A DNA stretch of 64,000 nt from Shigella phage ESh32. Where the stretch lies: the sequence record ON528742. The stretch is one strand, 5' to 3'. Shown here one piece after another: positions 10,103 through 19,212 of the stretch (within the stretch, counting starts at the first letter, position 1; each line of letters begins with the position of its first letter). Under the pieces are notes generated by a model that worked only from the letters and a program-made list of their open reading frames with translations, was not told where the DNA came from and made no database searches. Position numbers and translations under genes: made by a program.

Positions 10103-11530
10103 GTGGTAGAAATTATTCTTTCTCATCTCATATTTGATCAAGCTTATTTTTCAAAAGTTTGGCCATATATGGATTCAGAATATTTTGAAAGTGGTCCAGC
10201 TAAAAATACATTCAAATTAATTAAATCTCATGTTAATGAGTACCATAGCGTTCCATCTATTAATGCGTTAAATGTTGCATTAGAAAATAGTTCATTTACT
10301 GAAACAGAATATTCTGGTGTAAAAACACTTATTTCAAAACTAGTTGATTCTCCAGAAGATCACAGTTGGTTAGTAAAAGAAACTGAAAAATATGTTCAGC
10401 AACGAGCAATGTTTAATGCTACGTCTAAAATAATCGAAATTCAAACTAATGCTGAGCTTCCTCCGGAAAAACGAAATAAGAAAATGCCGGATGTTGGTGC
10501 TATTCCTGACATCATGCGTCAAGCATTATCAATTTCATTTGATAGCTACGTTGGTCATGATTGGATGGATGACTACGAAGCACGTTGGCTATCTTATATG
10601 AATAAAGCTCGTAAGGTTCCATTTAAACTCAGAATTCTAAACAAAATTACTAAAGGCGGAGCTGAGACTGGAACACTGAACGTTTTAATGGCTGGTGTTA
10701 ACGTTGGTAAATCATTAGGACTTTGTTCATTAGCAGCAGATTATTTGCAGCTTGGTCATAACGTTCTTTATATCTCCATGGAAATGGCAGAAGAAGTCTG
10801 TGCTAAGCGTATTGATGCTAATATGCTTGATGTTTCTCTTGATGACATTGATGATGGGCATATTTCTTACGCTGAGTATAAAGGAAAAATGGAAAAATGG
10901 CGTGAGAAATCTACTCTCGGTCGTTTAATCGTTAAACAATATCCTACTGGTGGAGCAGACGCTAATACATTCAGGTCTCTCTTGAATGAATTGAAGCTCA
11001 AAAAGAATTTTGTTCCAACAATCATTATTGTCGACTATCTAGGTATTTGTAAATCTTGCCGCATTAGAGTTTATTCAGAAAATAGTTACACAACTGTTAA
11101 AGCTATTGCAGAGGAATTACGTGCTCTGGCTGTTGAAACCGAAACCGTTCTTTGGACTGCAGCACAGGTTGGTAAACAAGCTTGGGACTCTTCCGATGTT
11201 AACATGAGCGATATTGCAGAATCTGCTGGTCTTCCAGCAACAGCTGATTTTATGCTTGCGGTCATTGAAACCGAGGAGCTAGCAGCTGCTGAACAACAAC
11301 TCATTAAGCAAATCAAATCACGATATGGCGATAAGAATAAGTGGAATAAGTTTTTGATGGGTGTTCAAAAAGGAAATCAGAAATGGGTAGAAATTGAACA
11401 AGATTCTACTCCAACCGAAGTGAACGAAGTAGCAGGTTCACAACAGATTCAGGCTGAGCAGAATCGCTATCAAAGAAATGAATCAGCTCGAGCTCAGTTA
11501 GATGCTTTGGCGAATGAATTAAAATTTTAG
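10103..11530 (+). CDS. 41: replicative DNA helicase gp41
   Basis: 475 aa, GTG start after AAGGAG; DnaB-like Walker A GVNVGKS. Confidence 0.95.
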   Translation: MVEIILSHLIFDQAYFSKVWPYMDSEYFESGPAKNTFKLIKSHVNEYHSVPSINALNVALENSSFTETEYSGVKTLISKLVDSPEDHSWLVKETEKYVQQRAMFNATSKIIEIQTNAELPPEKRNKKMPDVGAIPDIMRQALSISFDSYVGHDWMDDYEARWLSYMNKARKVPFKLRILNKITKGGAETGTLNVLMAGVNVGKSLGLCSLAADYLQLGHNVLYISMEMAEEVCAKRIDANMLDVSLDDIDDGHISYAEYKGKMEKWREKSTLGRLIVKQYPTGGADANTFRSLLNELKLKKNFVPTIIIVDYLGICKSCRIRVYSENSYTTVKAIAEELRALAVETETVLWTAAQVGKQAWDSSDVNMSDIAESAGLPATADFMLAVIETEELAAAEQQLIKQIKSRYGDKNKWNKFLMGVQKGNQKWVEIEQDSTPTEVNEVAGSQQIQAEQNRYQRNESARAQLDALANELKF

Positions 11531-11559
11531 TTTACAAGCTGACAAGACTATGGTATAGT
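11530..11559 (+). promoter_or_regulatory. early promoter (GTTTAC, 18 bp, TATAGT)
   Basis: consensus hexamers. Confidence 0.6.
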
Positions 11560-11587
11560 AGTCTTGTTGGTTAATGAGGAGATTGTT

Positions 11588-11770
11588 ATGGAATTGGTAA
11601 AGGTAGTTTTTATGGGGTGGTTTAAGAATGAAAGCATGTTTACTAAAGAAACCACAATGATGAAAGATGACGTTCAATGGGCTACTACTCAGTATGCTGA
11701 AGTTAATAAAGCATTAGTTAAAGCTTTCATTGATGACAAGAAAGTATGTGAAGTGGATTGCCGAGGATAA
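11588..11770 (+). CDS. dmd: Dmd antitoxin (inhibitor of RnlA/LsoA)
   Basis: 60 aa, position immediately after gene 41. Confidence 0.75.
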   Translation: MELVKVVFMGWFKNESMFTKETTMMKDDVQWATTQYAEVNKALVKAFIDDKKVCEVDCRG

Positions 11771-11771
11771 T

Positions 11772-12029
11772 ATGCATATTGTTTTATTTAAACCTACTCC
11801 GTATAACGTCAGGAAAAATACACAATTTAAGGCACTTATTGCGGATACGTGGGAATTGGTGTTAGATATTCCAGCAGAAGAAAGTCCTCCATTTGGTCGA
11901 GTGGAATTTATTAAGTTTGCTGTACGTCCTACGAAGCGACAGATTCGTCAATGCAAAAGATACTTTCGTAAAATCGTCAAGTTAGAGAAACAGTTTGTAA
12001 CATGTGATTATGCAGAAGTTTTAAAATAA
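11772..12029 (+). CDS. hypothetical basic protein (85 aa), 61.4-like position
   Basis: ATG overlapping dmd stop; SD GAGGA. Confidence 0.5.
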   Translation: MHIVLFKPTPYNVRKNTQFKALIADTWELVLDIPAEESPPFGRVEFIKFAVRPTKRQIRQCKRYFRKIVKLEKQFVTCDYAEVLK

Positions 12030-12031
12030 CT

Positions 12032-12061
12032 GTTTACTTTTGTTGGAAATTGAGATACTAT
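12032..12061 (+). promoter_or_regulatory. early promoter (GTTTAC, 18 bp, TACTAT)
   Basis: consensus hexamers. Confidence 0.6.
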
Positions 12062-12089
12062 ATAAACATAAACTACTGAGGAGATTATC

Positions 12090-12383
12090 ATGAAAAAATT
12101 TGTTTTTGCTGCAATTTTTGCTTTAGCTTCTTGTGCTGCTCAGCCTGCTATGGCAGGTTATGATAAAGATTTGTGTGAATGGTCTATGACTGCGGATCAG
12201 ACTGAAGTTGAAACTCAGATTGAAGCAGATATTATGAATATCGTTGAGCGTGATCGCCCTGAAATGAAAGCTGAAGTACAAAAACAGCTTAAGTCTGGTG
12301 GTGTAATGCAGTATAATTATGTTTTGTATTGCGATAAAAACTTTAATAACAAAAATATCGTAACTGAAATCACAGGTGAATAA
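12090..12383 (+). CDS. sp: Spackle (periplasmic inhibitor of gp5 lysozyme)
   Basis: 97 aa with signal peptide; synteny. Confidence 0.8.
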   Translation: MKKFVFAAIFALASCAAQPAMAGYDKDLCEWSMTADQTEVETQIEADIMNIVERDRPEMKAEVQKQLKSGGVMQYNYVLYCDKNFNNKNIVTEITGE

Positions 12384-12384
12384 T

Positions 12385-13017
12385 ATGATTTATTATATGC
12401 ACAAAAATCCACCGTTTAAATACGGTAAATTTCCTGATGCACAATGTTATAATATAACGCCTGATGAAAATAACCGTGGATATCTTATTGGCACAATTTT
12501 TGTAATTGTTAAAGATAACGAAATCGTTGCCTGGGCAGATTTTAAAGGTACAACACATGATGTTAATCCGGTGCCTTTCACATATTACAATATAATGGAT
12601 TTGGCATATGATTATAATTGGTTTAATCATGACACGTTGGCTCATATTGAAGGTGTAGGATTTGACATCTCTTATTCTAGCTACTCGTTGTGTCCTATGA
12701 GTCGGGCTCATAAAGAACCTGAATATTTTTCATTTAGGAAACGTGTAAACTTTAAACGCAACACAGAGTATGTCGGTGGAATCTTTGTTAAAGATAATCG
12801 AATTATTCGTATTAATTATCCTTTGAGCGTTAGTCAAAAAGATATTGATGTTGATTTAGATTTCACTGAAAATAATATTAATCATATTGCTTCTGTGTAT
12901 TTTGGTATCGATCACAAAATTGTAATATGTGGATATGAATTACCGTTTGAAGAACAGTCTAAAGTAAATGTTTCTATTGACGATCAAATTTTTAATGCTT
13001 TTATGAATAAAGGTTAA
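12385..13017 (+). CDS. hypothetical protein with two internal repeat units (210 aa)
   Basis: repeats of G-x-I-F-V-(V)-K-D-N; C-terminal tail IDDQIFNAFMNKG. Confidence 0.6.
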   Translation: MIYYMHKNPPFKYGKFPDAQCYNITPDENNRGYLIGTIFVIVKDNEIVAWADFKGTTHDVNPVPFTYYNIMDLAYDYNWFNHDTLAHIEGVGFDISYSSYSLCPMSRAHKEPEYFSFRKRVNFKRNTEYVGGIFVKDNRIIRINYPLSVSQKDIDVDLDFTENNINHIASVYFGIDHKIVICGYELPFEEQSKVNVSIDDQIFNAFMNKG

Positions 13018-13018
13018 T

Positions 13019-13375
13019 ATGTATAGTTCTGAATTTTCATATTTAAAAATGGAAAAAATTTCATACGATTTTATAGATGAAAAGGTTTATTATAGTTTCC
13101 ATGAACCACGTTTTAATAGTGAGGTTGGGTTTATTGTAGTAAAAGACAATTTCATTTTAAAGATATATTCGGCATTAAAGGATTTTCACTACGAAAATAT
13201 TAACCTAAAATTTGATAAAGAAAACGTTCGTAATTGTGCAGTAACAATTACAGGAAATAAAGGTACGTGTGTTATGTTATCTGATGAAATTAATGATTTG
13301 CTAAATGATGCCGAAAAGGTTGCTATTCCATCTATTGATGACCAAATTTTTAATGCTTTTATGAATAGAGGTTAA
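13019..13375 (+). CDS. hypothetical protein, single repeat unit (118 aa), paralog of preceding ORF
   Basis: same VKDN motif and near-identical C-terminal tail. Confidence 0.6.
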   Translation: MYSSEFSYLKMEKISYDFIDEKVYYSFHEPRFNSEVGFIVVKDNFILKIYSALKDFHYENINLKFDKENVRNCAVTITGNKGTCVMLSDEINDLLNDAEKVAIPSIDDQIFNAFMNRG

Positions 13376-13376
13376 T

Positions 13377-13541
13377 ATGAAAACATATAAAGAATTTATT
13401 AAAGAAGATATGGTAGCTGGAGATTCAGGTGGTAATCCTGAAAATATCTCTACTGGAACAACATCAGGTGCTGTAGTAAATAAAGGTCCTGAACAGATTC
13501 CTAAAAAGAAAAAAGAGGAATCTAAAGAAAAAGAAGAGTAA
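13377..13541 (+). CDS. hypothetical small Lys/Glu-rich protein (54 aa)
   Basis: ATG 2 nt after preceding stop. Confidence 0.4.
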   Translation: MKTYKEFIKEDMVAGDSGGNPENISTGTTSGAVVNKGPEQIPKKKKEESKEKEE

Positions 13542-13543
13542 AA

Positions 13544-14572
13544 ATGTCATCAATACCTTGGATTGATAATGAGTTTGCATATCGTGCATTAGCTCATTTA
13601 CCTAAATTCACACAAGTAAATAATAGTTCAACTTTTAAATTACGGTTTAGATGCCCTGTTTGTGGAGATTCAAAAACCGATCAGAATAAAGCTCGTGGAT
13701 GGTATTATGGTGATAATAATGAAGGAAATATTCATTGTTATAACTGTAACTATCATGCACCAATCGGAATATATTTAAAGGAGTTTGAACCCGATTTATA
13801 TCGTGAGTATATCTTTGAAATAAGAAAAGAAAAAGGTAAAAGTCGTCCAGTAGAAAAACCTAAAGAACTTCCTAAACAACCTGAGAAGAAAATAATTAAA
13901 TCTCTTCCGTCATGTGTTAGATTAGATAAACTGGCGGAAGACCATCCAATTATAAAATATGTAAAAGCTCGTTGTATTCCAAAGGATAAATGGAAATATC
14001 TTTGGTTTACAACCGAATGGCCTAAATTAGTTAATAGCATAGCACCGGGAACATACAAAAAGGAAATTTCTGAGCCTCGTCTTGTTATTCCAATTTATAA
14101 TGCTAACGGAAAAGCTGAGTCTTTTCAAGGACGTGCATTAAAGAAAGATGCTCCTCAAAAATATATCACCATTAAAGCTTATCCTGAGGCAACAAAAATT
14201 TACGGTGTTGAACGAGTTAAAGATGGTGATGTATATGTTCTAGAAGGACCTATAGATTCACTTTTTATTGAAAATGGTATAGCTATTACAGGTGGTCAAT
14301 TAGACCTAGAAGTTGTTCCATTTAAAGATAGACGAGTGTGGGTTTTAGATAATGAACCTCGTCACCCTGACACTATCAAACGAATGACTAAATTAGTTGA
14401 TGCAGGAGAAAGGGTTATGTTTTGGGATAAATCTCCCTGGAAATCAAAAGATGTCAATGATATGATTAGAAAGGAAGGTGCAACCCCTGAACAAATTATG
14501 GAATATATGAAAAATAATATTGCCCAGGGGTTAATGGCTAAAATGCGGTTATCTAAATATGCTAAGATTTAA
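13544..14572 (+). CDS. 61: DNA primase gp61
   Basis: 342 aa; zinc ribbon CPVC...CYNC; Toprim. Confidence 0.93.
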   Translation: MSSIPWIDNEFAYRALAHLPKFTQVNNSSTFKLRFRCPVCGDSKTDQNKARGWYYGDNNEGNIHCYNCNYHAPIGIYLKEFEPDLYREYIFEIRKEKGKSRPVEKPKELPKQPEKKIIKSLPSCVRLDKLAEDHPIIKYVKARCIPKDKWKYLWFTTEWPKLVNSIAPGTYKKEISEPRLVIPIYNANGKAESFQGRALKKDAPQKYITIKAYPEATKIYGVERVKDGDVYVLEGPIDSLFIENGIAITGGQLDLEVVPFKDRRVWVLDNEPRHPDTIKRMTKLVDAGERVMFWDKSPWKSKDVNDMIRKEGATPEQIMEYMKNNIAQGLMAKMRLSKYAKI

Positions 14573-14769
14573 ATCAACCCAACTAAAGCAAATGCTAAAT
14601 CTACAAATGTATCAAGAGTAACTACTGGAATATTAACACCATGCGCAATTGCAATTGGTGATAAAATAAAGTTCCAGAGTAAAATTCCTACCATAGCAGA
14701 AATAGTAAAAGCTATACGTTTCTTATTACCTTTTATGGCATTAACAAGTGCCATTAATTTTTGTACCAT
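14569..14769 (-). CDS. small two-TM membrane protein (66 aa) on late strand
   Basis: AGGAGG 4 nt upstream of ATG; AATAAATA late-promoter-like box upstream. Confidence 0.45.
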   Translation of the reverse strand: MVQKLMALVNAIKGNKKRIAFTISAMVGILLWNFILSPIAIAHGVNIPVVTLDTFVDLAFALVGLI

Positions 14770-14782
14770 ATGTCCTCCTTAT

Positions 14783-14806
14783 TGCTTTATATATTTATTG
14801 TATAAT
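14783..14806 (+). promoter_or_regulatory. putative middle promoter (MotA box TGCTTTA plus TATAAT)
   Basis: TGCTTTA 14783-14789, TATAAT 14801-14806, 11-bp spacing. Confidence 0.45.
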
Positions 14807-14840
14807 TAATCTACTAACCCATGAATTGAAAGGAAAAATA

Positions 14841-15359
14841 ATGGCTTACTTTAACGAATGTTCACAACTGATTGAAGGCGCTGATAAAGCTCAAAATGAA
14901 TATTGGGATATTCTCGGTGATGAAAAAGACCCGCTGCAGGTAATGCTCGATATGCAGAAATCTCTGCAAGTTCGTTTAGCTAAAGATAAACCTGAATATA
15001 ATCGTCATCCTGATGACTTGGCTACTGCAGGTGAAGTTGTTGATTGGTTGCGTAATCAGAAAGATTATATTGACGATGAATTCCGTGAACTTCTGACTTC
15101 TCTTGGTGGTATGAGCAATGGTGAAAAAGATGCATCTGCTGTATGGAAACCTTGGAAGTCGCAGCATGGTGAACGTCGTGAAACTCTGATTACTGATTTG
15201 TCTCCACAAGACCAATTGGAAATTAAATTTGAAATGATTGATATTCTCCATTTCGTTCTGAACATGTTCCAAGGTCTTGGTCTTACAGCAGAAGAAATCT
15301 TTAAACTTTATTATCTAAAAAATGCCGAAAACTTTGCTCGTCAAGACCGAGGTTATTAA
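14841..15359 (+). CDS. 56: dCTPase/dUTPase gp56
   Basis: 172 aa from MAYFNE; MazG-like; synteny. Confidence 0.85.
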   Translation: MAYFNECSQLIEGADKAQNEYWDILGDEKDPLQVMLDMQKSLQVRLAKDKPEYNRHPDDLATAGEVVDWLRNQKDYIDDEFRELLTSLGGMSNGEKDASAVWKPWKSQHGERRETLITDLSPQDQLEIKFEMIDILHFVLNMFQGLGLTAEEIFKLYYLKNAENFARQDRGY

Positions 15360-15389
15360 CAGCTCGTCTTAAAAGCCGCGAGAATTTAT

Positions 15390-15397
15390 TATAAATA
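15390..15397 (+). promoter_or_regulatory. late promoter TATAAATA
   Basis: exact TATAAATA 30 nt upstream of soc ATG. Confidence 0.65.
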
Positions 15398-15427
15398 ATC
15401 ATGTAATTTAAATAAAAGGAGAATTAC

Positions 15428-15673
15428 ATGGCTAGTACTCGCGGTTATGTTAATATCAAAACATTTGAGCAGAAATTAGATGGAAATAAGAAAATTGAAG
15501 GAAAGGAAATTTCAGTAGCTTTCCCTCTTTATTCTGACGTTCACAAAATTTCTGGCGCTCATTACCAGACATTCCCTTCAGAAAAAGCAGCATATACTAC
15601 TGTATATGAAGAAAATCAACGTGCTGCATGGATTGCTGCAAATGAAGATTTGTGGAAAGTAACTGGTGAATAA
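15428..15673 (+). CDS. soc: small outer capsid protein Soc
   Basis: 81 aa, recognised sequence. Confidence 0.9.
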   Translation: MASTRGYVNIKTFEQKLDGNKKIEGKEISVAFPLYSDVHKISGAHYQTFPSEKAAYTTVYEENQRAAWIAANEDLWKVTGE

Positions 15674-15679
15674 ATTCAA

Positions 15680-15703
15680 GGACTCCTTCGGGAGTCCTTT
15701 TTT
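15680..15703 (+). terminator. intrinsic terminator GGACTCC-TTCG-GGAGTCC plus T6
   Basis: perfect 7-bp stem, TTCG loop, T-run. Confidence 0.8.
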
Positions 15704-15712
15704 CATTTTATG

Positions 15713-15742
15713 GTTTACTTTCCAAAATGAGTATGGTATAAT
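15713..15742 (+). promoter_or_regulatory. early promoter (GTTTAC, 18 bp, TATAAT)
   Basis: consensus hexamers. Confidence 0.65.
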
Positions 15743-15768
15743 AAAAATATCTTATAGAGGAGAACACC

Positions 15769-15981
15769 ATGTTAAATCGTTGGATTAAACCAAATGAAGA
15801 CCTCCAGAAGGTTCTTGATAAAGCTATCTCTGATAAATGGGGTATGAAAAGCTGGGATTGTGATATCGTCACGCATTCATTCATGATGCATGCAGATGGT
15901 TCAGTCGAGTTCAATGCTGAAATGCGATACACTGACTGGGGTGGATTTCAAAGAGTCGAATTTCAAAGAGGCTTTTTGTAA
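15769..15981 (+). CDS. hypothetical protein (70 aa)
   Basis: SD GGAGAA; ORF. Confidence 0.55.
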   Translation: MLNRWIKPNEDLQKVLDKAISDKWGMKSWDCDIVTHSFMMHADGSVEFNAEMRYTDWGGFQRVEFQRGFL

Positions 15982-16313
15982 TGTTTATCTTTAATTGGTT
16001 TAAAAGTTTCTTTACGGATTTTTTCTCTACGACTCCTGGAGAAGGTGTAGTTCCTATTTCAAATGACTATCTTCCTTTAACTGTAGTTGAATATGTTTAT
16101 ATGGGAGATGGAACAGTAGAAGCAGTTACTATGACTTATGAAGAAGCCCAAGAATATTATAAAAATCCTTGGCGCTGGTCAGTACCTACTACATCATCTA
16201 ACGCGCAGTCTAGTTCTGATTCATATGACACTAATGTTCCTGTTCATGTATGGGCGGGTGATTCATGTGGAAGTTCTTGTGATTCTAGTTGTTCATCTAC
16301 ATCTTGCGATTGA
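15981..16313 (+). CDS. hypothetical protein with Cys/Ser-rich C-terminal tail (110 aa)
   Basis: C-terminus [16 protein letters not shown]. Confidence 0.55.
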   Translation: MFIFNWFKSFFTDFFSTTPGEGVVPISNDYLPLTVVEYVYMGDGTVEAVTMTYEEAQEYYKNPWRWSVPTTSSNAQSSSDSYDTNVPVHVWAGDSCGSSCDSSCSSTSCD

Positions 16314-16321
16314 GGAAAATT

Positions 16322-16807
16322 ATGGAAGCAATTTTGTTTGAAATGTATATTAGCAGTAATAGTATGTCGTTTGCTAAAGACGTTCCAATTACCGTAGCAG
16401 TAATGATTGATAAGGGTTATTGTGACCCAATGTATCTCGTAGAAAATTTCGTTTCAATGCCAGTTCCAGAAGATGCTGAAATAAAACTTAAAAAGATCGG
16501 AATTATTGAAACTGTACCAAATATTCCATTTAGAGCAATTGAAGCATTTACTAAATCCGAATACATTAATGTTAGCGCAGAACAATATAATGATAAACCC
16601 TTATCTTTTTATTCGTACGATTCAATATATAACTGGAAAATAGATAAAGGAAACAAATTTATAATTGCGAGTGAAGATGCGTTATCATACTTTATTTCTT
16701 CTGTATGGAATAGTTTACATCCAAATTTGCTAAAAATTCATGAATTTGACGGTGTCCATACTATTGTTTTAGGTAAAATAAATGAAAGCTCTCAAGAAGA
16801 TTCTTGA
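16322..16807 (+). CDS. hypothetical protein (161 aa; mrh-like by position and size)
   Basis: GAGGAAAATT-ATG. Confidence 0.55.
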   Translation: MEAILFEMYISSNSMSFAKDVPITVAVMIDKGYCDPMYLVENFVSMPVPEDAEIKLKKIGIIETVPNIPFRAIEAFTKSEYINVSAEQYNDKPLSFYSYDSIYNWKIDKGNKFIIASEDALSYFISSVWNSLHPNLLKIHEFDGVHTIVLGKINESSQEDS

Positions 16808-16985
16808 ATGGTTCAATAGACCAAACTCAATGTATATTGATGATGGTTGGGTTGAACAAGCAAATAAAGAAATGCAGAACGAGTCAGAAGAATGGATGAA
16901 ATCAATGATTAGTGCTGAGAAAGAAAAGAAATTAGAACGCTCAGTGCTTAAATTGATGAGAGACATCTATGGTGATAAATCATGA
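16782..16985 (+). CDS. hypothetical protein (67 aa)
   Basis: ORF. Confidence 0.45.
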   Translation: MKALKKILEWFNRPNSMYIDDGWVEQANKEMQNESEEWMKSMISAEKEKKLERSVLKLMRDIYGDKS

Positions 16986-17146
16986 CCAAAGATATGACGT
17001 TAGAAGAGGCAAAGGCTAAAGCAAATGAAGCTTTGGATTTGCTTCTTAAAATTGGTAGTAAAATGATGGAAGAAAATGAGAAATATATCCAGGAAAACAA
17101 AATTCCTGATGGTCCATTAGTAGGCAAGAGGAAATCACATGATTGA
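16982..17146 (+). CDS. hypothetical protein (54 aa)
   Basis: ATG overlapping previous stop. Confidence 0.4.
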   Translation: MTKDMTLEEAKAKANEALDLLLKIGSKMMEENEKYIQENKIPDGPLVGKRKSHD

Positions 17147-17609
17147 AGTAGCAAAACTGTATTCAATAGGATTTATGTCTAAAGAAGGTAAATCAGTAAA
17201 TACACTTGATAAAAAATGCTCGTTAATTATTCCTTTAGCAGAAAATCCGGATATTTTAATTAAAGATATAAAAGAAAGAAAATATCCAGAAAATGTTATT
17301 CTAATTATAAAGCATACTGAAGATATTTTGCAGAATACTGATTCACCGTTTTCTTCTTCCGAAGCTTTAACTATTAAAGGCTATAAAAGAGCTCATGAAT
17401 ATGGTCTTTTTGACATGTTTGAAGACGATAAAGTTAAATTAGCGAGTCAACCTTCTAAAAGTAAAACATTCATTATTGAAGATATTAAAGATATAAATGC
17501 ATTTGTTAAGATGGTCTGGGCTCATTTTGATGTTGGACTACGCTGGAGAATGTCCGAAGAAGAAAGAAAGATTATTGAAGCTAATCGTCAATTTGGTTTT
17601 TATCGCTAG
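17139..17609 (+). CDS. hypothetical protein (156 aa)
   Basis: ORF. Confidence 0.55.
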   Translation: MIEVAKLYSIGFMSKEGKSVNTLDKKCSLIIPLAENPDILIKDIKERKYPENVILIIKHTEDILQNTDSPFSSSEALTIKGYKRAHEYGLFDMFEDDKVKLASQPSKSKTFIIEDIKDINAFVKMVWAHFDVGLRWRMSEEERKIIEANRQFGFYR

Positions 17610-17617
17610 GAATTAGT

Positions 17618-17800
17618 ATGGATTTATTTGAGATGTTAGAAGATAATCATTCTACGAATATCCAGAATGATTCTAGTGATTATAAGAAAGAATACCGTAT
17701 AGTATTACAGAATTATGGAATTGAAGCCCCAGATGCTCTTCTAGAAGAACTAGCTTCATACCATCTTGACCCTCCGCCTTGGGCTCCCTGGGCAAAATAA
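17618..17800 (+). CDS. hypothetical protein (60 aa)
   Basis: ORF. Confidence 0.45.
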   Translation: MDLFEMLEDNHSTNIQNDSSDYKKEYRIVLQNYGIEAPDALLEELASYHLDPPPWAPWAK

Positions 17801-17811
17801 TTCAAAAAGTT

Positions 17812-17841
17812 GTTTACTTTCCTTTCTAACGATGATATGAT
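17812..17841 (+). promoter_or_regulatory. early promoter (GTTTAC, 18 bp, TATGAT)
   Basis: consensus hexamers. Confidence 0.55.
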
Positions 17842-17867
17842 AGCTTCTGAAGTATACGGAGGCTATC

Positions 17868-18491
17868 ATGATTATTAATCCTGCAGATGTTGAACAGTTA
17901 TCTATAAAAGCTGAAAGCGTTGATTTTCAATATGATATGTATAAAAAAGTCTGTGAAAAATTTACTGACTTTGAGCAGTCTGTTCTTTGGCAATGTATGG
18001 AAGCCAAAAAGAATGAAGCTCTTCATCGGCAATTGAATAAAATCATTAAAAAGCATTTAACTAAATCACCTTATCAGTTATATCGCGGTATATCAAAATC
18101 GACAAAAGAACTTATTAAAGATTTACAAGTTGGAGAAGTGTTTTCAACGAACAGGGTAGATTCATTTACTACTAGTTTGCACACAGCATGTTCTTTTTCT
18201 TATGCTGAATATTTCACTGAAACAATACTTCGTTTAAAAACTGATAAAGCTTTTAATTACTCTGACCATATCAGCGATATTATACTTTCTTCTCCTAATA
18301 CTGAGTTTAAGTATACATATGAAGATACTGATGGGCTAGATTCAGAGCGTACTGATAACTTAATGATGATTGTGCATGAACAAGAATGGATGATTCCAAT
18401 TGGAAAGTATAGAATAACTTCTATTTCAAAAGAAAAATTACACGATTCATTTGGAACATTTAAAGTTTATGATATTGAGGTAGTTGAATGA
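17868..18491 (+). CDS. modB: ADP-ribosyltransferase ModB-like (207 aa)
   Basis: R-S-ExE motifs: YRGI, STN, EQEWMIP. Confidence 0.7.
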   Translation: MIINPADVEQLSIKAESVDFQYDMYKKVCEKFTDFEQSVLWQCMEAKKNEALHRQLNKIIKKHLTKSPYQLYRGISKSTKELIKDLQVGEVFSTNRVDSFTTSLHTACSFSYAEYFTETILRLKTDKAFNYSDHISDIILSSPNTEFKYTYEDTDGLDSERTDNLMMIVHEQEWMIPIGKYRITSISKEKLHDSFGTFKVYDIEVVE

Positions 18492-19090
18492 AATACTCAG
18501 TAATGCAACTAAAAGATTTTAAAATAAAATCAATGGATGCATCGGTGCGTGCTTCTATTCGTGAAGAATTACTTTTTGAAGGGTTTAATTTATCTGAAAT
18601 TGAACTTTTAATTCATTGTATTACTAATAAGCCAGATGACCATACTTGGTTAAATGAAATAATCAAATCTCGTTTGGTTCCAAACGATAAACCTCTTTGG
18701 AGAGGTGTTCCAGCTGAGACTAAGCAAGCGTTAAATCAAGGAATTGATATTATTACATTTGATAAAGTCGTATCAGCTTCATATGATAAAAATATAGCTC
18801 TACATTTTGCTTCCGGTTTAGAGTATAACACACAGGTTATTTTTGAATTCAAAGCTCCTATAATATTCAATTTCCAGGAGTATGCTATAAAAGCTCTACG
18901 CTGTAAAGAATACAATCCAAACTTTAAGTTTCCGGATAGCCATCGTTATCGTAATATGGAATTAGTTTCAGATGAACAAGAAGTAATGATACCAGCTGGA
19001 AGTGTATTTAGAATTGCAGATAGATATGAGTACAAAAAGTATTCAACATACACTATCTATACTCTTGATTTTGAAGGATTTAATCTATAA
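18488..19090 (+). CDS. modA: ADP-ribosyltransferase ModA-like (200 aa)
   Basis: R-S-ExE motifs: WRGV, SAS, EQEVMIP; paralog of preceding ORF. Confidence 0.7.
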   Translation: MKYSVMQLKDFKIKSMDASVRASIREELLFEGFNLSEIELLIHCITNKPDDHTWLNEIIKSRLVPNDKPLWRGVPAETKQALNQGIDIITFDKVVSASYDKNIALHFASGLEYNTQVIFEFKAPIIFNFQEYAIKALRCKEYNPNFKFPDSHRYRNMELVSDEQEVMIPAGSVFRIADRYEYKKYSTYTIYTLDFEGFNL

Positions 19091-19146
19091 TGGAAGGACT
19101 TAGATTCATTATACCATGAAAGTTTTAAAGCATTTTTCATAAAGTT

Positions 19147-19176
19147 GTTTACAAGTTAAAGTAAAAATGTTATAGT
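19147..19176 (+). promoter_or_regulatory. early promoter (GTTTAC, 18 bp, TATAGT)
   Basis: consensus hexamers. Confidence 0.6.
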
Positions 19177-19212
19177 ATAGTAGTCAAACCGTCCGTAAGA
19201 TGTGAGAAAAAT

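Noticed and set aside
12370-12711. 113-aa minus-strand ORF antisense to the repeat-domain gene
   Set aside because: Antisense artefact in an AT-rich coding region; no translation signals.
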